Below are positions 26,650 to 39,456 of a stretch of 64,000 nucleotides of DNA, piece after piece. Below the pieces are notes generated by a model. The model saw nothing but the letters and a program-made list of their open reading frames with translations. It did not search any database and was not told the origin of the DNA. Source of the DNA: Eledone cirrhosa. Its lineage: Eukaryota. Position numbers and translations under genes: made by a program. The stretch spans positions 1,364,001 through 1,428,000 of the forward strand of contig OZ024748.1 of the NCBI GenBank assembly GCA_964016885.1, given 5' to 3'. Numbering within the stretch: position 1 is the first letter of the stretch; each line of letters begins with the position of its first letter.

Positions 26650-26705
26650 TTATATGCCTTGATAAGTCCCACCATATGGTCGGACGAAACGGCTGTCGGC
26701 AATAA
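26650..26705 (+). ncRNA. Type I hammerhead ribozyme motif, U3-A8 variant, GUC site
   Basis: TTATA-TGCC TTGATAA GTCC-CACCATATGGTC-GGAC GAA ACGGCTGT C GGCA-ATAA. Confidence 0.85.
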
Positions 26706-27069
26706 ACTTGTTATAATGTCATAATAGTTCCTTTGTTCTTTTTCACTAATATAAAAGTATATATATATATAGTCAGCTCAAAAGTGACACAGAGGAGACT
26801 GAGGTTAGCTGGACATGCTCACTGACATCCAGAGTTGACATTGTGATCAGTGCTCCTGTGGGAGCCCCTACATGGACACACTGGAAGAGGAAGACCAAGA
26901 TTAACGTATGTTGATGCCCTAAGGACAGACACTGGTCTGTTGGAGACGCAGGACATGGCAGCGATAATGAGAGACAGAGACCGCTGGAGAGAACTCGTCC
27001 ATGGATCTCGGGATTTTTACCCGCCCTAGAATATATATTGACAGTTATGTATATATATATATTGACAGT

Positions 27070-27100
<31 letters not shown>

Positions 27101-27276
27101 GGACAGTTATATATATATATATATAGATATAAAATATATATATATAAAATTTTGAATAATTAACAAGAGGTATAATATAAGACATGACTTTAGGGTTTCC
27201 CAGCCACAGATGGGAACCCATGGAGTTTTAAATAAAATAATCTATGAGCTGATATGCTATTGTTTTTTTTTTTCAG

Positions 27277-27421
27277 AGAGTACCCTGAAGGTTTTGATGA
27301 TGCGTGCTCTAGAGAAATTGGTATTTATTCCATACAGTTACATTATAGATAAATATAGATGGCAGCTGTTTAGTGGAAAGACCCCACCCTCTGAATATAA
27401 TTCTGAATGGTGGAAGATGAG
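27277..27421 (+). CDS. ACE: ACE exon (phase 1-2)
   Basis: poly-T tract+cag/gtaaat; ESTLKVLMMRALEKLVFIPYSYIIDKYRWQLFSGKTPPSEYNSEWWKMR. Confidence 0.95.
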
Positions 27422-27433
27422 GTAAATATATAC

Positions 27434-27880
27434 ATCATCATTATCATCATCGTTTAACCTCTATCTTCCACGCTAGCATGGATTAGACAGGAATTGTCCC
27501 ACTTGAGGCAAGATTGATTGGGTGACCGTGTCTCGCTCATATAAGACTATCTGGCAGGTTTTCTACAGCTGGATGCCCTTCCTAACACCAACCACATTTA
27601 CAGTGTGGAACTGGGAGCTTTTTACCGTGTTACCTACGCAACCACATTACAGTGTGGACTGCGTGTTTATTTTTGTCGTGACACCTACACAACCTCTTTA
27701 ATTTGGAATGGATGTTGTAGTTCCAACATAACTTTATAGAGAAAGGGTGGTGTTGGTGGGAGTGGGAGGATGGAGTAGGGGTAGTGGGTTGGGGTGTATA
27801 TTTGGTTAGGAGGGGCCTACTGACTGTAGGTTAACTTTGCACGTAGGGAAGATAGGTCTTCTGTATTACTGCTTGGCGCC
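27434..27880 (-). mobile_element. RTE LINE 3'UTR fragment
   Basis: Matches the 3'UTR of the 11567 and 4168 copies. Confidence 0.8.
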
Positions 27881-29113
27881 ATATATATATATAGATAGAT
27901 ATTTTTCAGTGTGGTCTACCTCTGGTGGTAGGGTCCGTACTGTAGATTGAACTCAATGTAATCCGATGGTGAGTAATTCAATGAAATCCATTGAGAAGTT
28001 CTGTGTTCTGCTGAGTTAATTCCATAGATACAGAGTCAGATATTAGGTATTAAATAAGAAGACGACAGTTTGATCAAGCCTATATATGAGATCTGATAGT
28101 ATACAGTTATATAACTGCTATAGATCAGACAATATGTCAATATGATCGACCCTCCGAAACGATTGCAAAACAATGATGTGAATAGGTAAAATAACTTGAC
28201 TTTGTTGTTTTTATTTTCATTGTTAATTTAATACCTAATATATATATATATATGATTTTAGTCTATGATATAATATTTAACTTTGTTCCCGCACCACTAG
28301 CAGGATTCAACATCAAAGAGGGGTGAGTTGCATAACGTTGAGTACTTTCCTATTATTACATTATGGTTAAGATTGCAGAATGACCAATTCTACACAGTGG
28401 TGAACCACCAAATTTAAACGTATTTATATATATGTATATATAAATATATATATATGTATATATGTATATATATTTATATATATGTATATATATATAAATA
28501 TATATCTATGGTAATGGGTTTTGAACCTAGAAAGTTCCCCTCCGAAGCTCAAGTCCGGGAAAGGTTGTTTGTGGAAGACCAGCAGTACCCATGCATACCA
28601 GTTTCCCCTCTATTGTAAAACTGGGGTCTATTTCAGGCAGTATGTGGGTATCTGTATATGTGGGTGTGGGTATGTGTATGTGGGTATGTGTGTATGTGTA
28701 TATGTGTGTATGTGTATATGCAGATTTATATATATGAGTAAATAAATATAAACGTGCTAACACAGACCCACTTACAAAAATACACATATTCACACACACA
28801 CACACAGCATAACAACTGGAATGCCAGCCACTATTTTATGGTTTTTTCCACTACCCCTGCCTCTTTTTTACACACGCACACATTTCACACAAGTAACAGA
28901 TGTAAAGAGAGAGGAGTAGTATGAGGTAGTCAAACTACCCCTCTCTCTTTACATGTTGTACACAGGCAGCAGATGTAGAGAGGAGTAGTATGAGGTAGTC
29001 AAACTACTCTCTCTTTACATGTTGTACACAGGTAGCAGATGTAAAGAGAGAGGAGTAGTATGAGGTAGTCAAACTATTCCTCTCTCTTTATGTATCACAG
29101 AAATTTATATAGA

Positions 29114-29491
29114 CCGTATTTCCCGGCATCGAAGATGCTACTTTTTTGCTAAAATAAGTCTCAAAAATCCACCAAGGGTCCTGGAGGCTGAAGGTTGTTT
29201 AGTATTTTTTCAAATTTCTAGGGCGATGGATTAGCAGTATCGGTAGAGGGTCAGATGCCATGCTTTGACGCATAGAGTTACGACCCTTGCCATTCTGAGT
29301 TTAAATCCCGCCAAGGTTAACTTTGCCTTTCATCCTTATGAGGTCGATAAAATAAAGTACCAGTAATGCACTGAGGTAATTGCTGGCCTTGTGCCAAAAC
29401 TAGAAACAATTTTTTTTTTTTTTTAATTTTTGATTGTCAAAATTAGGGTGCGTCCTCGAGGACAGAGTGTCTTCAGTGCTGGGGAATACGG
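29114..29491. mobile_element. Tc2/pogo-like MITE with nested SINE
   Basis: TIRs CCGTATTTCCCGGCA / TGCTGGGGAATACGG; SINE A at 29221-29411 inside. Confidence 0.6.
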
Positions 29492-29584
29492 TAGATCTGA
29501 TTAATCTAGTACTAAAATATATATATATATATTAATTTAGTACTAAAATATATATATATCTTTGTTCTTTGCTCTCAATTCTAG

Positions 29585-29683
29585 ATGTAAATATCAAGGA
29601 CTTAATGCACCAGTTCCACGATCAGAAGAAGATTTTGATCCAGGCTCTAAAATGCACATTGCTAGTGCAATTCCATATATCAG
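29585..29683 (+). CDS. ACE: ACE exon (phase 2-2)
   Basis: ttctag/gttgg; [33 protein letters not shown]. Confidence 0.95.
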
Positions 29684-29899
29684 GTTGGTCTTATACATAC
29701 ATATATATATATATATACATATACATGCTTATAAATATATATATATAACAAAGAAGGTGTGGTAAGATACCAGGTGGACCATAACACACCAGAGTACTCG
29801 ATACTTAGGGTAGTAGAATGAGTAATATGAAAAGAGTCAGGACCCCAACAGACCTAGTTGTTGAAAAAGCTGGAGCTCAGCCATCGGTGTCCTGACTCT

Positions 29900-29957
<58 letters not shown>

Positions 29958-29998
29958 GATAACAAGGACAATTGGTTACTCCATTACATTTATTGGTA

Positions 29999-30083
29999 GG
30001 TGACGCGCGTTTCGCCACTGATCAGCTCAAGGTTCGATCTGTATTGATCTTACCCGACTCAATAATCCACAGCTCGACGGATC
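29999..30083 (-). ncRNA. Degenerate hammerhead motif (paralog at 51148-51232)
   Basis: Consensus of the two copies reads GGT CCGATGA GCCATTGAT...ATCAGTGGC GAA ACGCGCGT C ACC; each copy has core mutations. Confidence 0.55.
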
Positions 30084-30688
30084 CCTTAAAATGCTAGTAG
30101 AAAATGAATACACTCTGTATAGCTCTACACCTCGACACAGAAGTGAACCTAAACATCGAGTGCTCACCTGGGTGAACCTACAGTAACTCCCAAGTTACAA
30201 TCGCTAGATATATATATATTTATACTTGGGGAGGGTCATATTGTTTATAATATTGCCAGAAATAATAACAGAACACAATCTCCATAGTTAATTTATCTGG
30301 CAATCAATGTTTATCATTGATTGACCAACGGTTAAAAATACAGATATAATTATATATACATGTTTTATATAGTTATTGTTGTACTTCTTGTTTCCAACAA
30401 TGTGTGCACGAGTTGATTAAATCAACAGAACAGCCTGCTCATGAAATTAATGTGTAAGTGACTGAGCATTCCACAGACACGTGCACCCTTAATGTAATAA
30501 TTCTCAGGGAGATTCATAATGGCACAATGTGACAATGCTAGATACAACTCATTTTTGCCAACTGAGTGGACTGAAGCAACATGAAAGGAAATGTCTTGCT
30601 AACACCCTATAATTGAATGCCCTAACCACTAAATTACACACCTTCAAATAAATGTCACACTATATGAATGTATATTTTACTTATCCAG

Positions 30689-30811
30689 ATACTTTATCAG
30701 CCATATACTCCAGTTTCAATTCCACGAGGCTCTATGTAAAGCTGCTAACTTCAGCGGACCACTCCACAAATGTGATATCTACAATAGTAGAGAGGCAGGC
30801 AAAAAATTTGC
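30689..30811 (+). CDS. ACE: ACE exon (phase 2-2)
   Basis: atccag/gtaag; [41 protein letters not shown]. Confidence 0.95.
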
Positions 30812-31037
30812 GTAAGTATTATACATTACCAATGTTTGGTTCTGTAGTACACTGTACTATAAAATACTATATGCATTACACTATTTATATTACACTGCAT
30901 CATACACAGACTCCATACAAACCTACCACAACCACGAACATCACTCCACAACACCAACACCCACCATTAATACCAAAGACATCACCACATAAACTCAAAC
31001 CTTCTCTATATCTCTATTTCCCCCCTCTCTTTTACAG

Positions 31038-31296
31038 AACTATGTTAAAGCTTGGTTCTTCAAAATCATGGGAAGACGCCCTGGAATCTCTGACCGGTAG
31101 TCGGAAGATTGATGCTAAACCAATGTTGAATTACTTCGAACCTTTGAAGAAGTGGCTCACTGGTAAGGTGGTGAAGAGTAAGGTTGGCTGGAATTGTTCT
31201 AAGCCAAAAAATAGCATCTCTCCAAACACCAAAGTGCAACCTTTCCTTTTATTCTTTGCTTTATACATATGTTTTACTTTCATTGTATATTCTTAA
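31038..31296 (+). CDS. ACE: ACE terminal coding exon with hydrophobic C-terminus
   Basis: tttacag acceptor; TMLKLGSSKSWEDALESLTGSRKIDAKPMLNYFEPLKKWLTG...GWNCSKPKNSISPNTKVQPFLLFFALYICFTFIVYS*. Confidence 0.92.
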
Positions 31297-31304
31297 ATAA
31301 ATAA

Positions 31305-31305
<1 letters not shown>
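31296..31305 (+). terminator. Candidate ACE poly(A) signals (two overlapping AATAAA)
   Basis: TAAATAAATAAA overlapping the stop codon; another AATAAA at 31868-31873. Confidence 0.5.
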
Positions 31306-31343
<38 letters not shown>

Positions 31344-32709
31344 TTTATTCAGTGTACAATATTGTTCTCCTGTGTTATTTTTTCTTTGGTGCCTTTTCTT
31401 ATATATATGTGTGTGCGTGTGCGTGCGTACGTGTGTATGGGCATATCAGTATATAAATATAAACGTGCAAACACAGACACACTTATAGAGATACACTCAC
31501 AGATATACATTCACACAAACACACATACATTCACGCAGGCAGTGGACGTAAAGAGAATAGTAGTATAAGGTAGTCAAACTACTAATCTTTCTTCACGTGT
31601 TGTGACAGAACCGCAGAAATTTATACATAGATGAAGCTATGGTCACATCTACCCGACCAAACCAACAACAGGCGGTCAAAATATATGTAGACGGGCGGAG
31701 AGCAGGTTTAAAGAACTCTTCCTTAATCAGCAGACGAGTAGCCACCCGGATAAATGATCTGACCAATAATTCAAGGGAAATAACTCTTGGGATTTATATT
31801 GCCCAAATAAGTATCGATGTTTCTACCTCGTTTGAATTCTAATTAATTAATTGTAATTAATCCAATTAATAAATTAACTAATCAGTATCTATCTTCAACG
31901 GTTCTGTTCTTTTTCATTTCAACTCTGAAAACTCTTAAATAACGCAAAGATTTGCTGTAAATCGACCACATTTTACAAAAACAAAATAATTTCATGTTTT
32001 CTGTCTACAAAAACAACATTAGCAAGTTTCAGACTTCCTAGATACATTCATGGGGAGACTCCATGGGGAATTTCGAGACGCTAGATATAGCTGCTAGTCC
32101 TTTATATTACACTGTAGCGTTTTGAAAAGCATGGAGGACATGTTAGTGAACGGAAGTCAAGAAATGCAGAATATGGACCAGTGTAGTTGTTGTTGTGAAT
32201 TACGTCCCTTGATGTAGGCGTAGCATTATCTTGATGTAATATGTATAACCCGGAGTAGCCGTAGGATTCGTTGTGTAGCAAGCACCATCCGATTGTTCAA
32301 TGAGTAGCTACCAACCAACCAGCTTCCCAGCCAAGCTACCAACAAACCACCCTACCAACCAGCTTACTATCCAATGAGCTAGTCAGCCTACTAGCCAACC
32401 AACCAGTTAGGCTACCAGCCAACAAGCCATCCTACCATACATATAACTCAAAGATATCTGGCCACAAGCTCAGAGGTTGACCTATGAAGAATTGAATTGA
32501 TGACATCAAGGAAATCCTGACATTACCAGGCATCACTGCAGGAGAGGCCTTTTAACCCACCACAGAACAACAGCTCTTTCTTCCTGTGAAACTTCCAGGG
32601 GTACAAGCAGAGAAAGATATTAGAAAAAAAAATGAATACAAAAATAAAGAATAACAGACGGGTTTTTGTATTGTTATTTTTTTTAGTTTTTTAGTTTTGT
32701 TTTGTATCT

Positions 32710-33443
32710 TTAATAAAAACCAGGATTTGTATGTTCGATGATGCAGAACCGACAGTTCTTTTTCACAGTCCGATAAGCATCAACAGACAGGTGACAGTCT
32801 TGAATGTTTAGCTGTTGTAGATGCCGGCAGTGTTCGGCTAATAGGATGATTCCTCGGTCGGTGATGGCAAAGCAAGATTTCACACTCAAGCGTTTCAGAT
32901 GTGGTGCATGTTTAGCTAAAATAAATAAACCTCGGTCCGTGATATCACATTTGCCGACGTCCAAAGACCGTAGACGGTGGCATCGTTTGACGATACGCTC
33001 CAGCGAATCATCAGATATGGCTTCACAACCACGACAGTTCAAGTAACGCAGCTTTAAACAGTGCTGGGCTATGTATTTTATGCCAACGTCCGAAATTTTG
33101 TCACATTTGGCTATGCTGATGTAACGAAGGTCAGGTTCAAGCCGTGACAATTCCATGATACCAAAGTCTGTAATATTGGGACAGTCACTGATGCTGATAT
33201 CTTTTAGACCAGTACAACTAGATGTGAGGTGCTGCAAACCTTTGTCTGTGATTAGAGAGCATCGACGGAGGTAGAGGAACTGAAGACGAGAGCAATGAAG
33301 AGCAAGGATCTCAAGGCCATTGTCGTCAAGGTGACAACAATCAGTCATGTCTAAATATATAAGGTACACCTGCTGCAGGTAGTGGGCTGATGGTCGTACC
33401 AGGATGGAGTTGGCTAAACTAATTGATGTGATATTCAAACAAC
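32710..33443 (-). CDS. FBXL7: F-box/LRR protein 7, last exon (LRRs)
   Basis: ttttcag acceptor; AMN1-type LRRs (LDMTDC, LYLRRC, ISIAKC, LNCRGC, LDVGKC, LSVKSC, LNIQDC); C-terminus CIIEHTNPGFY matches the FBXL7 CVIEHTNPAFF ending. Confidence 0.95.
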
Positions 33444-34812
33444 CTGAAAAGAAAATAGAAATATTATTATTATTATTACGGTGAAAGATTAGTAGTATTG
33501 GTAGAGCATTGGACAACATGCTTTGCAGCATAAAGTTACATCCCTTCTCATTCTGAGTTCAATTGCTGGCCTTGTGCCTAATGTAGACATTATTCTCTAC
33601 CACCACCACCATATATTCATTACAACTACCACCACTACTACCACCATCACCAACACCACTACTATATTCTCCACTATCACCACCACCACTGCCATAATCT
33701 CCACCACCACCACCACTGCCATATTCTCCACTACCACCACCACCACCACTGCCATATTCTCCACTACCACCACCACTGCCATATTCTCCACTACCACCAC
33801 CACCACCACCGCCATATTCTCCACTACCACCACTGCCACATTCTCCACTACCACCACCACCACCACTGCCATATTCTCCACTACCACCACCACCACTGCC
33901 ATAATCTCCACTACCACCACCACCACCACCACTGCCATAATCTCCACTACCACCACTGACAACACCAACCATGACAACATACCATATCTAATAAAGGGAC
34001 AGACATTCCATGAAGAAGACCAGTCGCTAGTTACTAAAGAGTGGTTTGAAGAGGTTCACTCACTCAATTCACCATATATAGAGTCCACCACCACCACCAC
34101 CACTACCACTACCACTACCACCAATACCACCACCACATAGAGTCCACCACCACCACCACCACTACCACCACCATATATAGAGTCCACCACCACCACTACC
34201 ACCACCACCACCATTTATAGAGTCCATAATGTCTTTCCTGAAATCTCAAGTGGATGAACAAGTGTCCTGGGGTGTAAGAAGAGAATGTGAAACACACACA
34301 TATATATATACAATGATGATGATGATATATACATACATATATATAAACATACACACATATATATACATACACACACATACAACATATATATATACACTAC
34401 ATACACATAAACACACACACATACTACATATAGATAAACACACTCGTAAACATATATATATATTTATACACACACACACTAAACACAGAAAGTAGAGAGA
34501 GAGGGGTAGAGAGAGAGGGGGGGTAGAGAGAGAGAGAGCGAGAGAGGGGTAGAGAGAGAGGGAGAGAGGGGTAGAGAGAGAGAGGGGTAGAGAGAGAGAG
34601 AGGGTAGAGAGAGAGAGAGAGGGGTAGAGAGAGAGAGGGGTAGAGAGAGAGAGAGGGGTAGACAGAGAGAGAGGGGTAGACAGAGAGAGAGAGAGAGAGA
34701 GAGAGGTATAAGTGTTGGTATAGAAATAGAGAAGTGGGTAAAAGAATGGACTTCCAGTTTATAGGTTCAAATACACTCCAGATGTTCTATTGTGGGGGGG
34801 GGGGGTCCTGAC

Positions 34813-36120
34813 TGTGTGGGCGTCTCTGTCTGTGTATGTCTCTGTATGTCTGTGTATGTCTCTGTATGTCTGTGTATGTCTCTGTATGTCTGTGTATGTC
34901 TCTATGTCTGTCTATGTCTGTATGTCTCTCTATGTCTGTGTATGTCTCTATGTCTGTCTATGTCTCTGTATGTCTCTCTATGTCTGTGTATGTCTCTCTA
35001 TGTCTGTGTATGTCTCTGTATGTCTCTCTATGTCTGTGTATGTCTGTGTATGTCACTGTATGTCTCTCTATGTCTGTGTACGTCTCTCTATGTCTGTGTA
35101 TGTCTGTGTATGTCTCTCTATGTCTGTGTATGTCTCTGTATGTCTGTGTATGTCTGTGTATGTCTCTGTATATCTGTGTATGTCTGTGTATGTCTGTGTA
35201 TGTCTCTCTATGTCTGTGTATGTCTCTCTATGTCTGTGTATGTCACTGTATGTCTCTCTATGTCTGTGTATGTCTCTCTATGTCTGTGTATGTCTCTATG
35301 TCTCTGTATGTCTGTGTATGTATGTGTATGTCTCTGTATATCTGTGTATGTATGTGTATGTCTCTGTATATCTGTGTATGTCTCTGTATATCTGTGTATG
35401 TCTGTGTATGTCTCTCTATGTCTGTGTATGTCTGTGTATGTCTGTATGTCTCTGTATGTCTCTGTATATCTGTGTATGTCTCTCTATGTCTGTGTATGTC
35501 TCTCTATGTCTCTCTATGTCTCTCTATGTCTCTGTGTATGTCTCTGTATGTCTGTGTATGTCTCTGTATGTCTCTGTATGTCTGTGTATGTCTCTGTATG
35601 TCTCTCTATGTCTCTGTATGTCTGTGTATGTCTCTATGTCACTGTATGTCTCTATGTCTCTGTATGTCTCTCTATGTCTGTGTATGTCTCTCTATGTCTG
35701 TGTATGTCTCTCTATGTCTGTGTATGTCTCTGTATGTCTGTGTATGTCTCTCTATGTCTGTGTATGTCTCTGTATGTCTCTGTATGTCTGTGTATGTCTC
35801 TGTATGTCTCTCTATGTCTGTGTATGTCTCTGTATGTCTCTGTATGTCACTGTGTGTCTCTGTATGTCTCTGTATGTCTCTATGTCTGTGTATGTCTGTG
35901 TATGTCTCTGTATGTCTCTATGTCTGTGTATGTCTGTGTATGTCTGTGTATGTCTCTGTATGTCTCTGTATGTCTCTGTATGTCTCTGTATGTCTCTGTA
36001 TGTCTCTGTATGTCTCTGTATGTCTCTGTATGTCTCTGTATGTCTCTGTATGTCTCTGTATGTCTCTGTATGTCACTGTGTGTCTCTGTATGTCTCTGTA
36101 TGTCACTGTGTGTCACTGTG
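34813..36120 (+). repeat. 10-bp minisatellite (TATGTCTCTG/TATGTCTGTG)
   Basis: Direct inspection. Confidence 0.95.
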
Positions 36121-36194
36121 TGTACACGTCTCTGACTCTGATACAGGTAGATACTCCAAGATATAAGGTGAAATAAAAACACTGTACTCCTTAC

Positions 36195-37001
36195 CTGATA
36201 CATTAAGATACTCCAAGTTAACACAGTTAGATATAAGATCAAAAAGTGCAGAATTAGTTATGTTAACACAGTCGTGAAGTTCTAACTTGCGAAGCTCTGG
36301 GCAGCGTTTGGAAATGGTGTGAAGTCCTTTGTCAGTAAGCTTTTCACAATTGCTAACATTAATCCTTTCGATAATAACACAAACAGATGGGGTGTTGTAA
36401 CTGAGTTGTTTGGTGAGGCAGCGCAGAGCTTTGTCTACATCCAGCGTTACACTATTTAACACTATGCTTGTCCAGAGGGTCGGGTCCCAGCTCAGCCGGT
36501 ACCACAGCTTGCAAACACGAGAGCACTTACACAACTGATTTGTGGTCAAGTTGGAAAAAATCTTCACAATAATGTCATCACTGAGATACTGAAATGGGGA
36601 GCTACGTGAATGGGACTTGCCCTTTTTCATACCTAGTATGAGTTTAGGGGGAGTTTCCGGTTGAATTCTGTTTAGTTTAGAACTGATAAGGTCCACACTG
36701 GGATAACTTCCCAGGGCAGTACTGTTGTAGTTGTGGTGATGGTGGTTGTTGTTACTGTTATTATTGATACTATTATTATTATTATTATGGTTTGTTAAAT
36801 TCTGTATGTGAGTTTGTTTTCTATTTTGCCTGACATAAGATTTGCTATACATTGCTGGTGTCGCTGGAGGAGATGACCAGCCGGAATGTCTGCTGTCCAA
36901 TAATGATTCCGATGAGGAATATGAACCCTTAAATGTAGATGTTGTTGTAGACACAACTCCAGAGCTTGAATCTTGAAGGGATTCACCATTTTGGTCCGGA
37001 T
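36195..37001 (-). CDS. FBXL7: FBXL7 exon: low-complexity N-region, F-box and first LRRs (phase 1-1)
   Basis: tatttcag acceptor, gtaagg donor; LSDDIIVKIFSNLTTNQLCKCSRVCKLWYRLSWDPTLW F-box; joins the last exon in frame (VSG|CLNI). Confidence 0.93.
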
Positions 37002-37504
37002 CTGAAATATAAAAAAAAGTCGAGGTTAGCTTTGCCTTTCATCCTTATGGGGTCGATAAGTTGATTTAATTGATTTTCTCCTCCCCCAAAATTGCTGGCC
37101 TTGTGCCTAAACCAGAAACCATTATTTGCTTTAAACCAGTAATTCCCCAATTAACTGAAATTTGGAACTTAACGATTCTTACTCATCGAAGAGTGTCAGT
37201 TTATGCATACACACCTCCTTCTATACACAACTCTCTCTATATACACACCTCCCTCTATATACACTCTCCTCTATATACACACTATACACTCTCCACTATA
37301 CATACATGCACAAACTACCTGCATCTGAAATGTCAAATATACACACCATACTGTGTCTCCTGTAGTATGTATACATCTCTATCTGTACACATGCACACAG
37401 CCATTTTCCTGTAAACATATATGTGTGTGTGTGTGTGTGTGTGTCAGGTAATTCCGAAGGAAAAGCCAAGGAAAAAAGAGTGCTCTATGTATAGAACAGA
37501 GCTA

Positions 37505-37630
37505 TTTAATTAGAAAGTGAACAGCACAAAATATAACTACTCCATTACCAAAGGTTTCTGGATCCCAGACAATAATATACGTCTGGATCAGTCGTCAGAT
37601 ATTTTGTGTTGTTCACTTTCTTATTAAATA
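37505..37630 (-). ncRNA. Hammerhead motif (CUGACGA) with bulged, extended stem I
   Basis: CACAAAATAT CTGACGA ..GATCCAGAC/GTCTGGGATC.. GAA ACCTTTGGT A ATGGAGTAGTT ATATTTTGTG; ~30-bp flanking inverted repeat; stem III identical to the 13734 copy. Confidence 0.65.
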
Positions 37631-37681
37631 TATATATATAAATATATATAAATATATATATATATAAATATATATATCTAT

Positions 37682-38141
37682 CTAAGGCGGGTAAAATTCC
37701 CGAGATCCATGGACGAGTTCTCTCCAGCGGTCTCTGTCCCCCATTATCGCTGCCATGTCTTGCGTCTCCAACAGACCAGTGTCTGTCCTTAGGGCATCAA
37801 CATACGTTAACCTCGGTTTTCCTCTTCCAGTGTGTCCATGTAGGGGCTCCCAAAGGAGCACTGAGTGCAATGTCAACTCTGGATGTCGGTGAGCATGTCC
37901 AGCTAACCTCAGTCTCCTCTGTGTCACTTTTGAGCTGACTTTTGGGATGCTCCCATACAGCTCTGAGTTTTTCATCCTCAGTGTATACTGATTAATGTTC
38001 AGAGCCATCCTCAGCATTCTCGTGTAGCACCCATCCACCATCTGAGTGAGTTTCTTGGTCAGTGTCCAAGTCTCAGACCCATACTGCAATGAAGAGGTGG
38101 ATTTTCAGGTCTTTACGAAGGTCCGACTTCCACACCGATCT
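37682..38141 (-). mobile_element. Second RTE-like LINE family, 3' fragment (other copies 8308-8534 minus, 26772-27028 plus)
   Basis: YGSETWTLT..DGCYTRMLRMALNI..RRLRLAGH..LLWEP.HG...GRPRLTYVD. Confidence 0.85.
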
Positions 38142-38451
38142 CAATATATATATATATATATATAATTGGAAATCAGTAAAATCGAATCTCTGGTGGTTTG
38201 CAGGTAAATTCGGCCTACTTATATGAAATGATGAGTTAGCAAAGCACTCGATAAGGTAGGGCCTTAGAGTAATGACATACGTTTAAATAGCTTGACAAAT
38301 CGAACATTGTGGTAGGTGAATCTAACACACAATATATACCAAAGTAACGATAGAACTAATCAGGTTGAGAAAAGTACACCTGGACAAATCAATAAATATA
38401 TATATATAAATATATATATATATAAAACTATATATAAAACTATATATATAT

Positions 38452-38562
<111 letters not shown>

Positions 38563-38698
38563 TATATATGGAAAGTTATATTTAAATTGTTGGGTTACAA
38601 CTAGTAAATACTTATAACTGATATAAAAGCACTCGACAAATATTTGGAGTATATTTACAATATTAAATAAATGGAAACTATATTTATAAAACCATATT

Positions 38699-38764
38699 TA
38701 TTTCATTATATATATTTCAGGGATATCATATTAACAATATGCTATGCCTTCCTCAGACAAAATA
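38699..38764 (-). ncRNA. Hammerhead motif in left arm of 175-bp palindrome
   Basis: Exact reverse complement of 38905-38970. Confidence 0.78.
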
Positions 38765-38904
38765 CAATATAAACAGTTTTATAGATAAATAGATTCGACA
38801 TACCGTAACAACATCTACTTGCATTTGAGAATCAACCTTCTCAAATGCAAGTAGATGTTGTTACGGTATGTCGAATCTATTTATCTATAAAACTGTTTAT
38901 ATTG

Positions 38905-38970
38905 TATTTTGTCTGAGGAAGGCATAGCATATTGTTAATATGATATCCCTGAAATATATATAATGAAATA
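38905..38970 (+). ncRNA. Hammerhead motif in right arm of 175-bp palindrome
   Basis: TATTTTGT CTGAGGA AGGCATAGCATATT-GTT-AATATGATATCCCT GAA ATATATAT A ATGAAATA; degenerate paralog (GAAA>AAAA) at 40831-40895 minus. Confidence 0.78.
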
Positions 38971-39011
38971 AATATGGTTTTATAAATATAGTTTCCATTT
39001 ATTTAATATTG

Positions 39012-39080
<69 letters not shown>

Positions 39081-39091
39081 TATATAAATAT

Positions 39092-39124
<33 letters not shown>

Positions 39125-39138
39125 AATATAATATATAT

Positions 39139-39233
<95 letters not shown>

Positions 39234-39414
39234 AATATATATCTATATATATATATAACTATATATATATATATATATATAACTATATATATATCTATAT
39301 ATAGATATATATAAAACTATATATATAGATATATATAAAACTATATATATAGATATATAAAACTATATATATAGATATATAAAACTATATATATATATAT
39401 ATATATATAAAACT

Positions 39415-39445
<31 letters not shown>

Positions 39446-39456
39446 GTTTTATATAT

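Larger units (their letters stand above)
38657..39012. repeat. Palindrome, 175-bp arms, 6-nt loop
   Basis: ..GCATTTGAGAA tcaacc TTCTCAAATGC..; no arm mismatch seen. Confidence 0.95.

Noticed and set aside
28040-28241. Inverted repeat with GAAAC and internal hairpins
   Set aside because: No convincing CUGANGA core or stem I; at most a decayed PLE end
28922-28930. TGAGGTAGT (let-7 5' end) in hairpins
   Set aside because: Only 9 nt match and it lies in the loop, not the stem
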